From an uncultured virus (IMG/VR IMGVR_UViG_3300035071_000047) (Duplodnaviria > Heunggongvirae > Uroviricota > Caudoviricetes), in IMG/VR virus record IMGVR_UViG_3300035071_000047: 20,000 bases of DNA; one strand, given 5' to 3'. The notes under the pieces were generated by a model that saw nothing but the letters and a program-made list of their open reading frames with translations, was not told the DNA's origin and made no database searches. A program made the position numbers and the translations under genes. Shown here in pieces: positions 7,157 through 18,641 of this stretch (its first letter is position 1; each line of letters starts with the position of its first letter).

Positions 7157-8073
7157 CGAACCGCTGGCTCGACAAGGCGACGATCTACACGGCCGCGTAC
7201 GCGCGTGTGTTCGGTGCGGCACCCAGCCGACACGGCGTCATGTTCGGCCTGTCGGTCGCCGAACACGAGACTCGCTGCGGCGACGCGCTCGGCGGCAACT
7301 GGGGCGGCACGACCGCGGGCCAGCTCACCCCCTACGACCGCGCTGCCCTGCGAGCGGCGGGACTTTCGCCGTCCAACGAGGCCGACCTGCCCAAGGCGCA
7401 AGCTCTCCTCGGTCCGCGACCCAACATGATCCTCGGTCGCGACACGTCGGCCCAGAGCGGGTGGTACTGGATCTGGTTCTTCCATCCGGCCACGCCCGTC
7501 GATGGCGCCGCGTACTTCGTGAAGGTGCTGCTGCAGCAGCGACCCGCCTGTCGCGCCGTCGTCGACGACCCGACCGGGACGCTCGACGCGCTCGCGCGCG
7601 CCATGTACGCCTCGCACTACTTCCTCGGGGTCTTCAACCCGCACGCCGTCGTCACCTACAAAGGCAAGCAGATGCCGGGAGACGAGGCGAACATCGAGGC
7701 GTACCGCGACGCGATCGTCGCGATCGAGCAGGTCATCGAGGAGAGCCTCGCGGGCTGGGTCCCCAACGGACCGACGACTGTCCCGACGGAGCCGCCGTTC
7801 GACCTGTACGAGGTGATCGGCTACCAGGCGGCCCTCACGTGGCTCGCGCGGAAGATGGGTCACCCCGAGTTCGATCCGAGAGGGGTCGACGGCGACGCGG
7901 GGACCAAGACGCGCGCCGCCGTCCACGAGTTCCAGACCTACGTCCGCCTCCCGATCGCCCTGACCCCGGCTGCGGGACACATGGACGAGTCCACGCGCAT
8001 CGCGCTCGTGAAGGCGATCGAGATGGCGTCGCCCGCCACGACACCAGCGCCGCCTCCCATCCCATCGACCTGA
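7153..8073 (+). CDS. Putative peptidoglycan hydrolase (GH73/FlgJ-like lysozyme fold) with C-terminal PG_binding_1 domain
   Basis: Clear PG-binding motif GVDGDAGTKTRAAVHEFQ...GHMDESTRIAL. N-terminal AEHETRCG...NWGG, TPVDGAAYFVKVL and LARAMYASHYF loosely parallel GH73 motifs; the catalytic assignment is less certain than the binding domain. Confidence 0.65.
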   Translation: MTNRWLDKATIYTAAYARVFGAAPSRHGVMFGLSVAEHETRCGDALGGNWGGTTAGQLTPYDRAALRAAGLSPSNEADLPKAQALLGPRPNMILGRDTSAQSGWYWIWFFHPATPVDGAAYFVKVLLQQRPACRAVVDDPTGTLDALARAMYASHYFLGVFNPHAVVTYKGKQMPGDEANIEAYRDAIVAIEQVIEESLAGWVPNGPTTVPTEPPFDLYEVIGYQAALTWLARKMGHPEFDPRGVDGDAGTKTRAAVHEFQTYVRLPIALTPAAGHMDESTRIALVKAIEMASPATTPAPPPIPST

Positions 8074-8187
8074 TCTCGCTCGAGATCCGAGCGACCTCCT
8101 CGGGCTCGCAAGGGGGCTCCGTGTGAGGTACTCTGCCATGAGGTCCGCCGCACGCCGCGTCGAGCGACCGCATCGAGGAGAAGGTTC

Positions 8188-8622
8188 ATGCGCTACGTCA
8201 AGATCCCGCAGGACGTCGTCGTGGTCATCAAGGGAGCCCCCGTCCCGGTCCCTCAAGGACAGCCCCAGCCGCCGCCCGTCGTGCAGACGATCCCGGTCGC
8301 GTTCGCAGCCTGCCTCGGCTCGTGGCTCGACGACCGACGCGTGGGCCGCAGCCACCAGACGCTCCGGTACGCGGCGCGCATCGACAACAAGATGCAGAAC
8401 CTGAACCCCGGCGACGAGCTCGTACTCGAGGACACCGAGTGGGCGTTCCTCTGCGAGATCGTCCGCGAGCGAGAGATGGGCAACGAGTACAACGTGCCGC
8501 TCATGCGGCGCGCGATGGTGATGCTCGACGCCGTCCTCGACGCGCCCAACGACGAGGAGAAAGCGGCGAAGAAGACCGCGACCAACTCCGAGACGAAGAC
8601 GGCCGTCGCTCAGCCTGACTGA
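8188..8622 (+). CDS. Hypothetical protein, 144 aa, possibly a fibre-associated chaperone
   Basis: GAGGAG SD at 8175-8180; GC3-rich. Candidate promoter TCGCAA-17-TACTCT at 8106-8134. Function inferred only from its position before the fibre genes. Confidence 0.75.
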   Translation: MRYVKIPQDVVVVIKGAPVPVPQGQPQPPPVVQTIPVAFAACLGSWLDDRRVGRSHQTLRYAARIDNKMQNLNPGDELVLEDTEWAFLCEIVREREMGNEYNVPLMRRAMVMLDAVLDAPNDEEKAAKKTATNSETKTAVAQPD

Positions 8623-8641
8623 CCCAATGATCCTCTCTCGG

Positions 8642-8693
8642 TCCACAATCTCGCGACCGCGCCGGACGCTCGTCCGTCGCGGTCGCTCGTGGA
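8642..8693. repeat. Strong inverted repeat/hairpin upstream of the large fibre gene
   Basis: GCGACCGCG-C-CGGACG-CT-CGTCCG-T-CGCGGTCGC (8653-8686), flanked by TCCAC/GTGGA. No U-tract. Confidence 0.7.
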
Positions 8694-8741
8694 TCGCCTC
8701 GTCTCGACCCACGCCTCGACTGACCACGAAGGAGAACTGCG

Positions 8742-11732
8742 ATGTCACTCGTTCCCACCCAGATCGTCTACGGCGGCCCGTCGGGACTGCAGGCTCAGGA
8801 TGCGGCGCTCGCGTGGGACGACACCCACAAGACGATGAGCATCGGCGCCATCGGGATCGTCGCGAGCATCCTGTTCAACCCAGGGGTACCGCTGGCGCGC
8901 ATCCTCGTGGGGACGCCGACCTCGGACGTACCCACCGCTGACATCCTCGTCCAGGCGCAGGCCCCGTTCGCGAGCGCGTCCGTCAACCAGACGCCGGGGA
9001 ACATCAACCTCAACATCCCCGCGCCCATCGGCGGGGCGGCCCACAGCGGCATCAACCTCCAGGACAGCGGCGTCACGTGGCTGACGTTCCAGCGGACCGC
9101 GTCGCTGTCGAACATCTCGTTCGCGGCCAGCGGGTCGCCCAAGCTGAGCCAAGCGGTGCGTGTGTCCGGAAATGGACAGCAGTTCCTCTTCCAGGCGCAG
9201 ACCGCGTCCCAGGCCAACGGGATCGGCGGAAACCTGGTCATGGACGGCGGCGACGCGCCCGGCATGAACGGCGTCGGCGGGCAGATGATCCTGACCGGCG
9301 GGTTCGGCGCCGCGACGGGCGGCAACGTCCAAGTCACGGGCGGACAGGGCGGCGTCACGGGCGGAAGCATCCTCTTCAACTCGGGCGTCGGACCCAACGC
9401 GGGGAGCGTCCTGTTCGGATCGGGCGGCACCATCTGGCTCTCGTTCAAGAACACGGGCGGGTCGACGAGCATGCAGCTCTCCTCGACCGCGCCGCATTTC
9501 ACGTTCAACCAAGTGGCCGCGACGAGCGGCGCTGGTGTGCCATGGGTCATTGCGGCCCAGAGCACGTCGGCGGTGGCCGCGGGCGGGAACATGTCCCTGC
9601 AGGCCGGCAACTCGACCGGCATCGGAGGCACGGGCGGCAACCTCCTCCTCTCCGCCGGCAACGGGTCCACGCCGGGCAGCACACAGATGCAGACCGGCGG
9701 CAACACATGGCTCACCTTCGCGAACGCCGGTGGTTCCTCTGGTCTCCTGTTCGCGGAGACGGCGCCACTGCCCGTTATCCGGCAGCTCGTCGCCACCGCA
9801 GCCCCTGGCGCGCAGCTCACGATCGCCTCTCAGAGCTCGTCCAGCGTCGGCCTGGCCGGCGGACCGCTCCTCCTCACCTCGGGCACCGGCGGAGGCGCGA
9901 GCGGCAATGGTGGCAACATCACCATCCTCGCAGGGAGCGGCGGATCGGGTAGCGGTGCGAGCGGGAGCATCCTGCTGAGCACAGGCAGCGGGGTCACGGA
10001 TGGATCCATCCAGCTCCAAAAGTTCGGGACGACGTGGCTGACGTTCGCGACGGCCACGGGCGCCACCTTCGCTACCACAGCTCCGACGCCGACCGTGTCC
10101 CAGGCCACCACCAGTACTGGAAACGGCGCAGTATTCACGATCCGAGCGCAGTCCACGACCGCCGCGAACGCTACGGGCGGCGTACTGTTCTTGACCGCCG
10201 GATCCAACACGGCAGGAACGAACGGTATCGGTGGCGACGTGATCGTTGCGGCCGGCGCAGGAAAGAACACGAGCACCGGAGCAGGAGGAAACATCGTCCT
10301 TGCCGTGGGTAACGGGTTCACGCACGGCAGCGTCCAGGTTCAGGACTCAGGCTCGACTTGGCTCACCTTCTCAGCCGTCGGCTCGGCCACCGTCACCTTC
10401 TCTCCTACCGCGGTCACGCCGTCCATCGGACAAGCCAACACGTCTTCTGGCAGCGGAGCCCTGCTCAGTCTCTACGCGCAGACTACGACGGCCGCAGGGG
10501 CCACTGGAGGGAATCTCCTCCTCTCTGCCGGGTACAACACGGTCGGAACCAACGGAATGGGAGGTGACGTCGTCATCACTTCCGGCGCTGGCAACGGCGC
10601 CGGCTCCGGCGCGGGTGGGCGCGTCATCCTCAACGCGAGCGGCGGCGCCACCGCGGGCGTCATCCTGTTCCAGGCTGCGGGCACGACGTGGCTCACGTTC
10701 TCCAAGACCGGATCGAGCACCAACGTCACCTTCAACTCCAACGCTCCGGCCGTGACGATCTCCCAGGGAACCACGACGTCGGCGAGCGGCGTCACCATGG
10801 CCATCACGGCGCAGGGCACGTCGTTCGGCGGAGGCGTCGGCGGCAACCTGAGCGCTTCGGCCGGATCGAGCAGCGCTGGCGTCGGCGGCAACCTACTGCT
10901 CAATCCTGGCCACGGAACAACGAACGGCGACGTCCAGATCTTCGACGGTAGCAGCAACCTCGTCTTCCGCGTCGACGGACCCAACCGAACCAACAAGGTC
11001 AGTGGTCCACTCATCGGCGACAGCACGACGAACGACTCGCTCCGGTTCGGCGTCACGACGCCGATCAGCCTCGCGGGCCGTTCGACGGACCTCACGCTGA
11101 CGAACGTGCAGTACGCGAACCAGACCATGACGTTCAACGGGACGCCCGCGGCGGCGACCTTCAACCTCGTCCTGCCGAACGTCGCCGGGTTCACCAAGGT
11201 CTTCGACCTCACCTCGGTCACCCCGGGCGTCGCCACGATCTCGGCCAAGGCCGGGACGTCCTCCGTCCTGCTGTCGCCCGGACGCGCCACGACCGTCTGG
11301 TACGACGGGACCACGTTGCACGCGCTCACGGGGGCCGGACTCGTCGAGACGGATTCCGCGACCGATACGGGCGTCTCGCTCGTCATCGGCCCGTACACGA
11401 CCCTGGTGGCCTCCGGCGTCTCCGTGACGCTCGCCGCGGGCGAGAAGCTCATCATCGACGTGGCGAGCCTGCTGAACACGGCTGGATCCGGGGCCGGAAC
11501 ACTGGCCGCGCAGTACCAGGTCACGGTGGACGCGTCCGTCGTGTCGCACGACGCGATCTCCACGGACAATACGAGGACCGGGTACAACCAGCCCTACGCG
11601 CGGTCGATCGAGGTCACGGGCCTCTCCGCCGGAACGCACACGGTCGACTTCCAGGCCCGCACCGACAACACGAGCACGGCGACGTACATCGCGAACAACA
11701 ACTCGCTCCGCGTCATGCGGTCGGCTGCGTGA
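8742..11732 (+). CDS. Large Gly/Thr/Ser/Ala-rich repetitive fibre/adhesin-like virion protein, 996 aa
   Basis: AAGGAG SD. Six repeats anchored by [T/I]WL[T/S]F and containing GGNL.L.AG units. Beta-rich C-terminal domain ending GLSAGTHTVDFQAR...SLRVMRSAA, typical of fibre tips. No signal peptide. Confidence 0.8.
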   Translation: MSLVPTQIVYGGPSGLQAQDAALAWDDTHKTMSIGAIGIVASILFNPGVPLARILVGTPTSDVPTADILVQAQAPFASASVNQTPGNINLNIPAPIGGAAHSGINLQDSGVTWLTFQRTASLSNISFAASGSPKLSQAVRVSGNGQQFLFQAQTASQANGIGGNLVMDGGDAPGMNGVGGQMILTGGFGAATGGNVQVTGGQGGVTGGSILFNSGVGPNAGSVLFGSGGTIWLSFKNTGGSTSMQLSSTAPHFTFNQVAATSGAGVPWVIAAQSTSAVAAGGNMSLQAGNSTGIGGTGGNLLLSAGNGSTPGSTQMQTGGNTWLTFANAGGSSGLLFAETAPLPVIRQLVATAAPGAQLTIASQSSSSVGLAGGPLLLTSGTGGGASGNGGNITILAGSGGSGSGASGSILLSTGSGVTDGSIQLQKFGTTWLTFATATGATFATTAPTPTVSQATTSTGNGAVFTIRAQSTTAANATGGVLFLTAGSNTAGTNGIGGDVIVAAGAGKNTSTGAGGNIVLAVGNGFTHGSVQVQDSGSTWLTFSAVGSATVTFSPTAVTPSIGQANTSSGSGALLSLYAQTTTAAGATGGNLLLSAGYNTVGTNGMGGDVVITSGAGNGAGSGAGGRVILNASGGATAGVILFQAAGTTWLTFSKTGSSTNVTFNSNAPAVTISQGTTTSASGVTMAITAQGTSFGGGVGGNLSASAGSSSAGVGGNLLLNPGHGTTNGDVQIFDGSSNLVFRVDGPNRTNKVSGPLIGDSTTNDSLRFGVTTPISLAGRSTDLTLTNVQYANQTMTFNGTPAAATFNLVLPNVAGFTKVFDLTSVTPGVATISAKAGTSSVLLSPGRATTVWYDGTTLHALTGAGLVETDSATDTGVSLVIGPYTTLVASGVSVTLAAGEKLIIDVASLLNTAGSGAGTLAAQYQVTVDASVVSHDAISTDNTRTGYNQPYARSIEVTGLSAGTHTVDFQARTDNTSTATYIANNNSLRVMRSAA

Positions 11733-12037
11733 TGGTCACCCGCAAACCGGACATCCTCCTGCACAACGCGTACGCCGTCTGGTACCTGCCAGACGGCGGC
11801 GCGCTCGAGGTCGAGTACAAGGACTACGTGTGGATGGTCCGACGCTACCAGCGAGAGCGTCGTGGATCCGGCATCCTGCGTGTGACCGCGTACGTCAACG
11901 CCCCCGAGGAGGCGAAGATCATGCGTGTCGCTCGCGAGGGCCTGACCAAGATCGAGACGTTCGGCGGCGACGTCGACCGCGTCGCCAATCTCCCCGCGCG
12001 CATCACGACGTCCGTCTTTCGACCGAACCCGAGGTGA
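11732..12037 (+). CDS. Hypothetical protein, about 101 aa
   Basis: TGATG coupling to the fibre stop (alternative GTG at 11729); GC3-rich. Confidence 0.7.
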   Translation: MVTRKPDILLHNAYAVWYLPDGGALEVEYKDYVWMVRRYQRERRGSGILRVTAYVNAPEEAKIMRVAREGLTKIETFGGDVDRVANLPARITTSVFRPNPR

Positions 12038-12040
12038 CCG

Positions 12041-12484
12041 ATGAAGCTCATTCTCCTGCTCGCCGCCCTCACCGCCTGCTCGCCCGCCGCGTGGCAGGCG
12101 TTCACGAATGACCCCGCCGCGTACATCGCCACGTACGAGACCGACGTGGAGCAGTTCCTGTCGATCGCCGCGTCGATCTTTCAGGCGATCTACCCGCTCC
12201 TGACGCCCGACCAGCAGGCTAAGGCGCAAGCCAAGTACGTCGCGACCCTCGACGCCGTCCACCACTCCGAGCTCGCCCTGAACGAGGCCGTTAAGGCGGC
12301 GACGGACGCCAAGAAGCCGATCGACGTCGTGGCGCTCGTCGCCGACGTGTCTGCCGCCGTGACCCAGCTCGAGCAGGCCATCGTCGACATCAAATCCATG
12401 GTCGCGACCCGCGGCGCGTCCGGATCGGACCCGCGGATGGACGACCTGCACCGCGCGCGCGTCCTCGTCGCCTCCTTCCACTGA
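12041..12484 (+). CDS. Alpha-helical lipoprotein, 147 aa
   Basis: GAGGTGA SD; signal MKLILLLAALTAC with lipobox LTAC; amphipathic helical mature part. Confidence 0.85.
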   Translation: MKLILLLAALTACSPAAWQAFTNDPAAYIATYETDVEQFLSIAASIFQAIYPLLTPDQQAKAQAKYVATLDAVHHSELALNEAVKAATDAKKPIDVVALVADVSAAVTQLEQAIVDIKSMVATRGASGSDPRMDDLHRARVLVASFH

Positions 12485-12488
12485 TGCG

Positions 12489-13064
12489 ATGCTCGGCACG
12501 CACGAGAGCGAGCTAGGTGTCCTCGAGCTCGGGGCGGTCTGTCCCGAGCTCGAGACGGAGCCATCGATCGCGTTCGCTGCGTCCTCCTCGCGCACGGTCA
12601 CCCCACCGACCGCGCCGCGCCCGCCCGCCGTCCAGGATCGACCCGGGTCCGACTTCGTTCTCGAGGACCTGCTGCGCGAGCGGGAGCCGCAGCCCCTCGT
12701 CGTCCGCGGGCCCATTGACGACCCGTCCCCCGCCGAGTCGCCGGCCGTCGTCATCCTCAAGGGAGAGACCGTCGACCGGGTCGTCTACCGCGACACGGTC
12801 GTCGTGCGCAGGGTCCGGTCGCGCGCGAGAGCGACGCGACGACCGAGGCGCCGAGCGTCGATCGGCGCGGTCCCCGACTTCGTCCTCCCGCTCCCGTCGA
12901 TGACCGTCGCCGCCCCCGCGCCGCGCTGGCCGTGGCTCACGCCGACGCGATTTCTTCTCGTCGCCGGACTCGCCCTGCTCGGGGGTATCCTCCTCGGGAT
13001 GGCCCTCTCGAAGAAGCCGAAGCGCGTCCACGCGACGCGCGGTCGCGCGCGAATGGTGGCGTGA
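12489..13064 (+). CDS. Pro-rich protein with C-terminal TM helix and basic tail, 191 aa
   Basis: Fills the gap between neighbours; GC3-rich. Ends PAPRWPWLTPTR-FLLVAGLALLGGILLGMALS-KKPKRVHATRGRARMVA*. Confidence 0.7.
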   Translation: MLGTHESELGVLELGAVCPELETEPSIAFAASSSRTVTPPTAPRPPAVQDRPGSDFVLEDLLREREPQPLVVRGPIDDPSPAESPAVVILKGETVDRVVYRDTVVVRRVRSRARATRRPRRRASIGAVPDFVLPLPSMTVAAPAPRWPWLTPTRFLLVAGLALLGGILLGMALSKKPKRVHATRGRARMVA

Positions 13065-15533
<2,469 letters not shown>

Positions 15534-15542
15534 GATGAGGTC

Positions 15543-15830
15543 ATGCCGCTCACACTCACACAACCCATCGTGCAACCGACGATCGCCTCGTACGCCATCC
15601 GTAGGGCCACCTTGGAACTAGACACGGGGATGGTGACGGCGAATGTCCAGGCGATGGACGCGGACGGAGCCAACGTCGGCCCCGAGCAGTTCGTACAGCT
15701 GTACACGGAGGGATCCAACCCGGAGGAGCTATCGGCCGTCGAGTCGATGCTGTACCAGGAGCTGCAGCGCGTGTTCGGCGTGTCAGGAACGGTCACCAAA
15801 GAGTCCACCATCACCAAGGAGTCCCCGTGA
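15543..15830 (+). CDS. Hypothetical protein, 95 aa, directly after the collagen fibre (possible fibre chaperone/tip protein)
   Basis: TAGGAT-N6-ATG start; GTGA overlap with the next gene. Confidence 0.7.
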   Translation: MPLTLTQPIVQPTIASYAIRRATLELDTGMVTANVQAMDADGANVGPEQFVQLYTEGSNPEELSAVESMLYQELQRVFGVSGTVTKESTITKESP

Positions 15831-16369
15831 AGATCGTCACCGTCGTCGCCGCGATCGTCCTACTCGCGCTCACCGCGAGCTGCTCGTCGACCGTCTACAC
15901 GCACGGCGTTCCCAACCTCGTCCAGGTCGCCCCTGGCGTGTGGCGCTCCGGACAGCCGACGAGCGCCGGCGCGTGGGCGTACCTCCAGTCCATCGGCATC
16001 AAGCGCGTCGTCAAGCTCAACTTCGACGACGAGGGGTCCGACGTCGGCGCGACGAAGATCGGGATGGAAGTGATCCCGCTCCCCATCGAGCCCAACGGCG
16101 ACGTACTGACCGTCTTCCAGAAGCCAGACGGGAAGCGACTGTCATCGGCCGTCGCCGTACTCGGTGAGGGGAACGCCGAGAGCGCCGTCCTCGTCCACTG
16201 CACCCACGGGCAAGACAGGACGGGTCTCGTCGTCGCGATCTACCGCATCCAGCACGACGGCTGGCGCAAGAGCGCCGCGAGACGCGAGATGATCGCGCGC
16301 GGATTTCACTCGGAGCTCCCAGGGCTCGAGGAGTACTGGGAGGACGACGTCAAAGTGCCTGCTCACTAG
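15827..16369 (+). CDS. Lipoprotein Cys-based protein-tyrosine/dual-specificity (or phosphoinositide) phosphatase
   Basis: AAGGAG SD; signal [35 protein letters not shown]-loop [13 protein letters not shown] (CX5R), Siw14/LipA/MptpB-type. Confidence 0.9.
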   Translation: MKIVTVVAAIVLLALTASCSSTVYTHGVPNLVQVAPGVWRSGQPTSAGAWAYLQSIGIKRVVKLNFDDEGSDVGATKIGMEVIPLPIEPNGDVLTVFQKPDGKRLSSAVAVLGEGNAESAVLVHCTHGQDRTGLVVAIYRIQHDGWRKSAARREMIARGFHSELPGLEEYWEDDVKVPAH

Positions 16370-16379
16370 GGGGAAACCA

Positions 16380-17897
16380 ATGTTCCGAAATTCTAGAAAT
16401 GCATCGTTCGCGGCCACGACGTACGCGGAGCGCGCGAGAGGTCCAACCGGCGCGACCGGCGCGACCGGCGCGACTGGGCCCACTGGACCTACGGGCGCGA
16501 CGGGAGCCACTGGACCTACTGGACCTACGGGTGCGACCGGTTCCACAGGTCCGACCGGGGCGACGGGACCCGTCTCTCTGCCCGGCGTCGCCAACGCCGC
16601 GATGCAGCAGGCCACGTGGTTCATCGACCCGGTGGGCGGCAACGACGCGAACAACGGGCTCACGCAGCCGACCGCGATCAAGACCTATCGCGAGCTCATG
16701 ACCCGCTGGGGGACCGCGTCGCCCACGCTCGCGCAGAACACCACGATCACATGGGTCACCTCGCAACCCGACGACTCCGACCCCGTGTACTTCACCCCGA
16801 TCATCGAGAACGGCGCGTTCGTCGAGATGACCGGGCTGCCGACGATCGTCCACAGCGGCACCCTCTCCGGAGTCGTCGCGAAGAACCGCGCGACGGGGCA
16901 GCTCCTCAACGCGAACATCGGCACGCCCGTCGCGCCCTACGTGGACGCAGGGACCGGCGTCTGGGGCACGCTCCTGCACAACACGACGCGAAACTCATGG
17001 TGCTGGCTATGGAACGCCGTCGCCGCTAACGTCGCCGAGCTCACGCAACCACTGGCGCCCTACGCGAGCTTCACGCGACTAGGCTTGCTCGTCGAGCACG
17101 ACGACACCGCGAACGGTGACGCGTACGACCTCGTCCAGTACCCGCAGACCAACATCGTCATGCTGGCCCCGACGATTGCCTTCTACGACGGGTCGTTCAA
17201 CAACTGGCTGCAGATCTCGAAGCTGCGGATCAACGACTCGTTCGGTACGGCCAACAACAACGTGTACGTGGGGCCCCACGTCGGGCTTGGGGAGACCTGC
17301 CTCAACAAGGAGATCTTCGGCGACCCGTTCGCCCGGAACGTGGACATCCGGCCGCCCTACGCCAACGTCATCTCTCCCGGCGGCGGGTTCTTTCCCGCGA
17401 GAGCCCAGGTCGGCGGCGGCGCCTACGGCAACGACTTCTACTCGTTCTTCGAGTTCTACCAGAACAACGTCTTCGACTACGACGTGATCCTCGACGCACT
17501 GGGACCCACCAACGGGCTGCAGATCGACCAGGCCCTGTACGGCGCCGTCTACATCCGACAGACGGGCGGGTGGGCGATCGAGGTGCTCGATTGGGGCGAC
17601 ATGCAGACGGCTTCCCCGTCCGGCGTCCAGGAGTTCTGGGGACCCGGGACGGTGAACGTCAACAAAGGCGGCACGATGTTCTACTCCGCGTCGGCGGCGT
17701 CGAAGTTCGTCAATGCCGGCGGGCTCCAGTTCGCGACGAGAACCACGGGCGCCAGTATCGACGCCGGCGGGCTCTGGCACCAAGGGATCACGTTGACGCC
17801 GGCACATCTCGACGCCGCTGCGGGCGTGGCCGGATTCGGCGGACTCGCCTTCGACTTGCCGACGGGGTCCACGTATACGACGGCGACTAGGGAGTGA
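16380..17897 (+). CDS. Spike/fibre-like protein with short N-terminal collagen tract and probable beta-helix body, 505 aa
   Basis: 15 Gly-X-Y triplets (16440-16574), then [23 protein letters not shown], the cap motif that precedes pectin-lyase-like beta-helices; aromatic/Asn/Gly-rich body. Confidence 0.75.
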   Translation: MFRNSRNASFAATTYAERARGPTGATGATGATGPTGPTGATGATGPTGPTGATGSTGPTGATGPVSLPGVANAAMQQATWFIDPVGGNDANNGLTQPTAIKTYRELMTRWGTASPTLAQNTTITWVTSQPDDSDPVYFTPIIENGAFVEMTGLPTIVHSGTLSGVVAKNRATGQLLNANIGTPVAPYVDAGTGVWGTLLHNTTRNSWCWLWNAVAANVAELTQPLAPYASFTRLGLLVEHDDTANGDAYDLVQYPQTNIVMLAPTIAFYDGSFNNWLQISKLRINDSFGTANNNVYVGPHVGLGETCLNKEIFGDPFARNVDIRPPYANVISPGGGFFPARAQVGGGAYGNDFYSFFEFYQNNVFDYDVILDALGPTNGLQIDQALYGAVYIRQTGGWAIEVLDWGDMQTASPSGVQEFWGPGTVNVNKGGTMFYSASAASKFVNAGGLQFATRTTGASIDAGGLWHQGITLTPAHLDAAAGVAGFGGLAFDLPTGSTYTTATRE

Positions 17898-18417
17898 CGC
17901 GCGACGCGTCCAGCGGCGTAGGCATGCCGTCCCTGGGTTCGTCCCGGTGGTCGGTCGTCATGACGCTCTCGGGGTGGCCGGTCGCCACCCCGACGTCGTC
18001 GTGCCCGAGACCCAGCGAGTGCCCTAGCTCGTGCGCAACGACGGCCTGCAGCCCGTTGGGTCGGACGTCCGACTCCGCGTCCAACTTGTCGACGTCCACG
18101 CACGACAGCGTCGACCCGTTCGGCGCCCACCACGTCCTGCCCGTCCAGCCGTCGAGCGCACAGTTGGGTCCGCGCAAGAAGTAGATCGCGTCGTCCTGTG
18201 GGTTCATCTCCCACTCCTGCTGGAGCGCGTAGTGGTCGCCAGACTCCACCACGAAGGAGACGGGCGCCACGCGCTCCCAGGACGCGACGGCGGCGTCGAG
18301 CGCGACGCGGTCGCCAGCGACGTAGTCCCGATCGACGAAGAGCGTCGGACGCGTCGTCATCGTGTCATGCGGCGACCGACACGACAGGAGGACCGACAGG
18401 AGGATGAGCCGCTTCAC
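17887..18417 (-). CDS. Lipoprotein metzincin (matrixin/M10-like) zinc metallopeptidase, 176 aa
   Basis: GTG at 18417 overlaps the upstream TGA; signal [24 protein letters not shown] (HExxHxxGxxH) and Met-turn ESVM. Overlaps the + strand gene end by 11 nt. Confidence 0.88.
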   Translation of the reverse strand: MKRLILLSVLLSCRSPHDTMTTRPTLFVDRDYVAGDRVALDAAVASWERVAPVSFVVESGDHYALQQEWEMNPQDDAIYFLRGPNCALDGWTGRTWWAPNGSTLSCVDVDKLDAESDVRPNGLQAVVAHELGHSLGLGHDDVGVATGHPESVMTTDHRDEPRDGMPTPLDASRVTP

Positions 18418-18641
18418 GTGAGCGTGGTGACCGTGACGTACTCGCATGTGGTACCCGGACACGTTAGACGGAGTCCCCAGAGCGTCATTCGCTGCTCGAG
18501 GAGCAGATCGCACTCGGGGCACGCGTGCGTCGCGACCGCCCTCGTGAGCTTCCTGCGCCACGCGTCGGCGCGCGCAAACTCGAGCTCGATGACCTCACCC
18601 GTGGGCGCTGCGGCGACCATGACCTCGAGCGTCTCGGACAC
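18414..18641 (-). CDS. Small zinc-ribbon protein (start uncertain: 18656 TTG, 18641 GTG or 18620 ATG)
   Basis: ...HACPECDLLLEQRMTLWGLRLTCPGTTCEY... (CxxC-x16-Cx4C); GTGA coupling to the metallopeptidase. Confidence 0.65.
   Translation of the reverse strand: MSETLEVMVAAAPTGEVIELEFARADAWRRKLTRAVATHACPECDLLLEQRMTLWGLRLTCPGTTCEYVTVTTLT

Noticed and set aside
8742..11732. Autotransporter, RTX or PE-PGRS assignment for the 996-aa protein
   Set aside because: No signal peptide, beta-barrel terminus, GGxGxD nonapeptides or PE domain.
16399..16414. AT-rich palindromes TTCTAGAA and ATGCAT at the start of the spike gene
   Set aside because: Short, inside coding sequence and not repeated; insufficient support for an operator.
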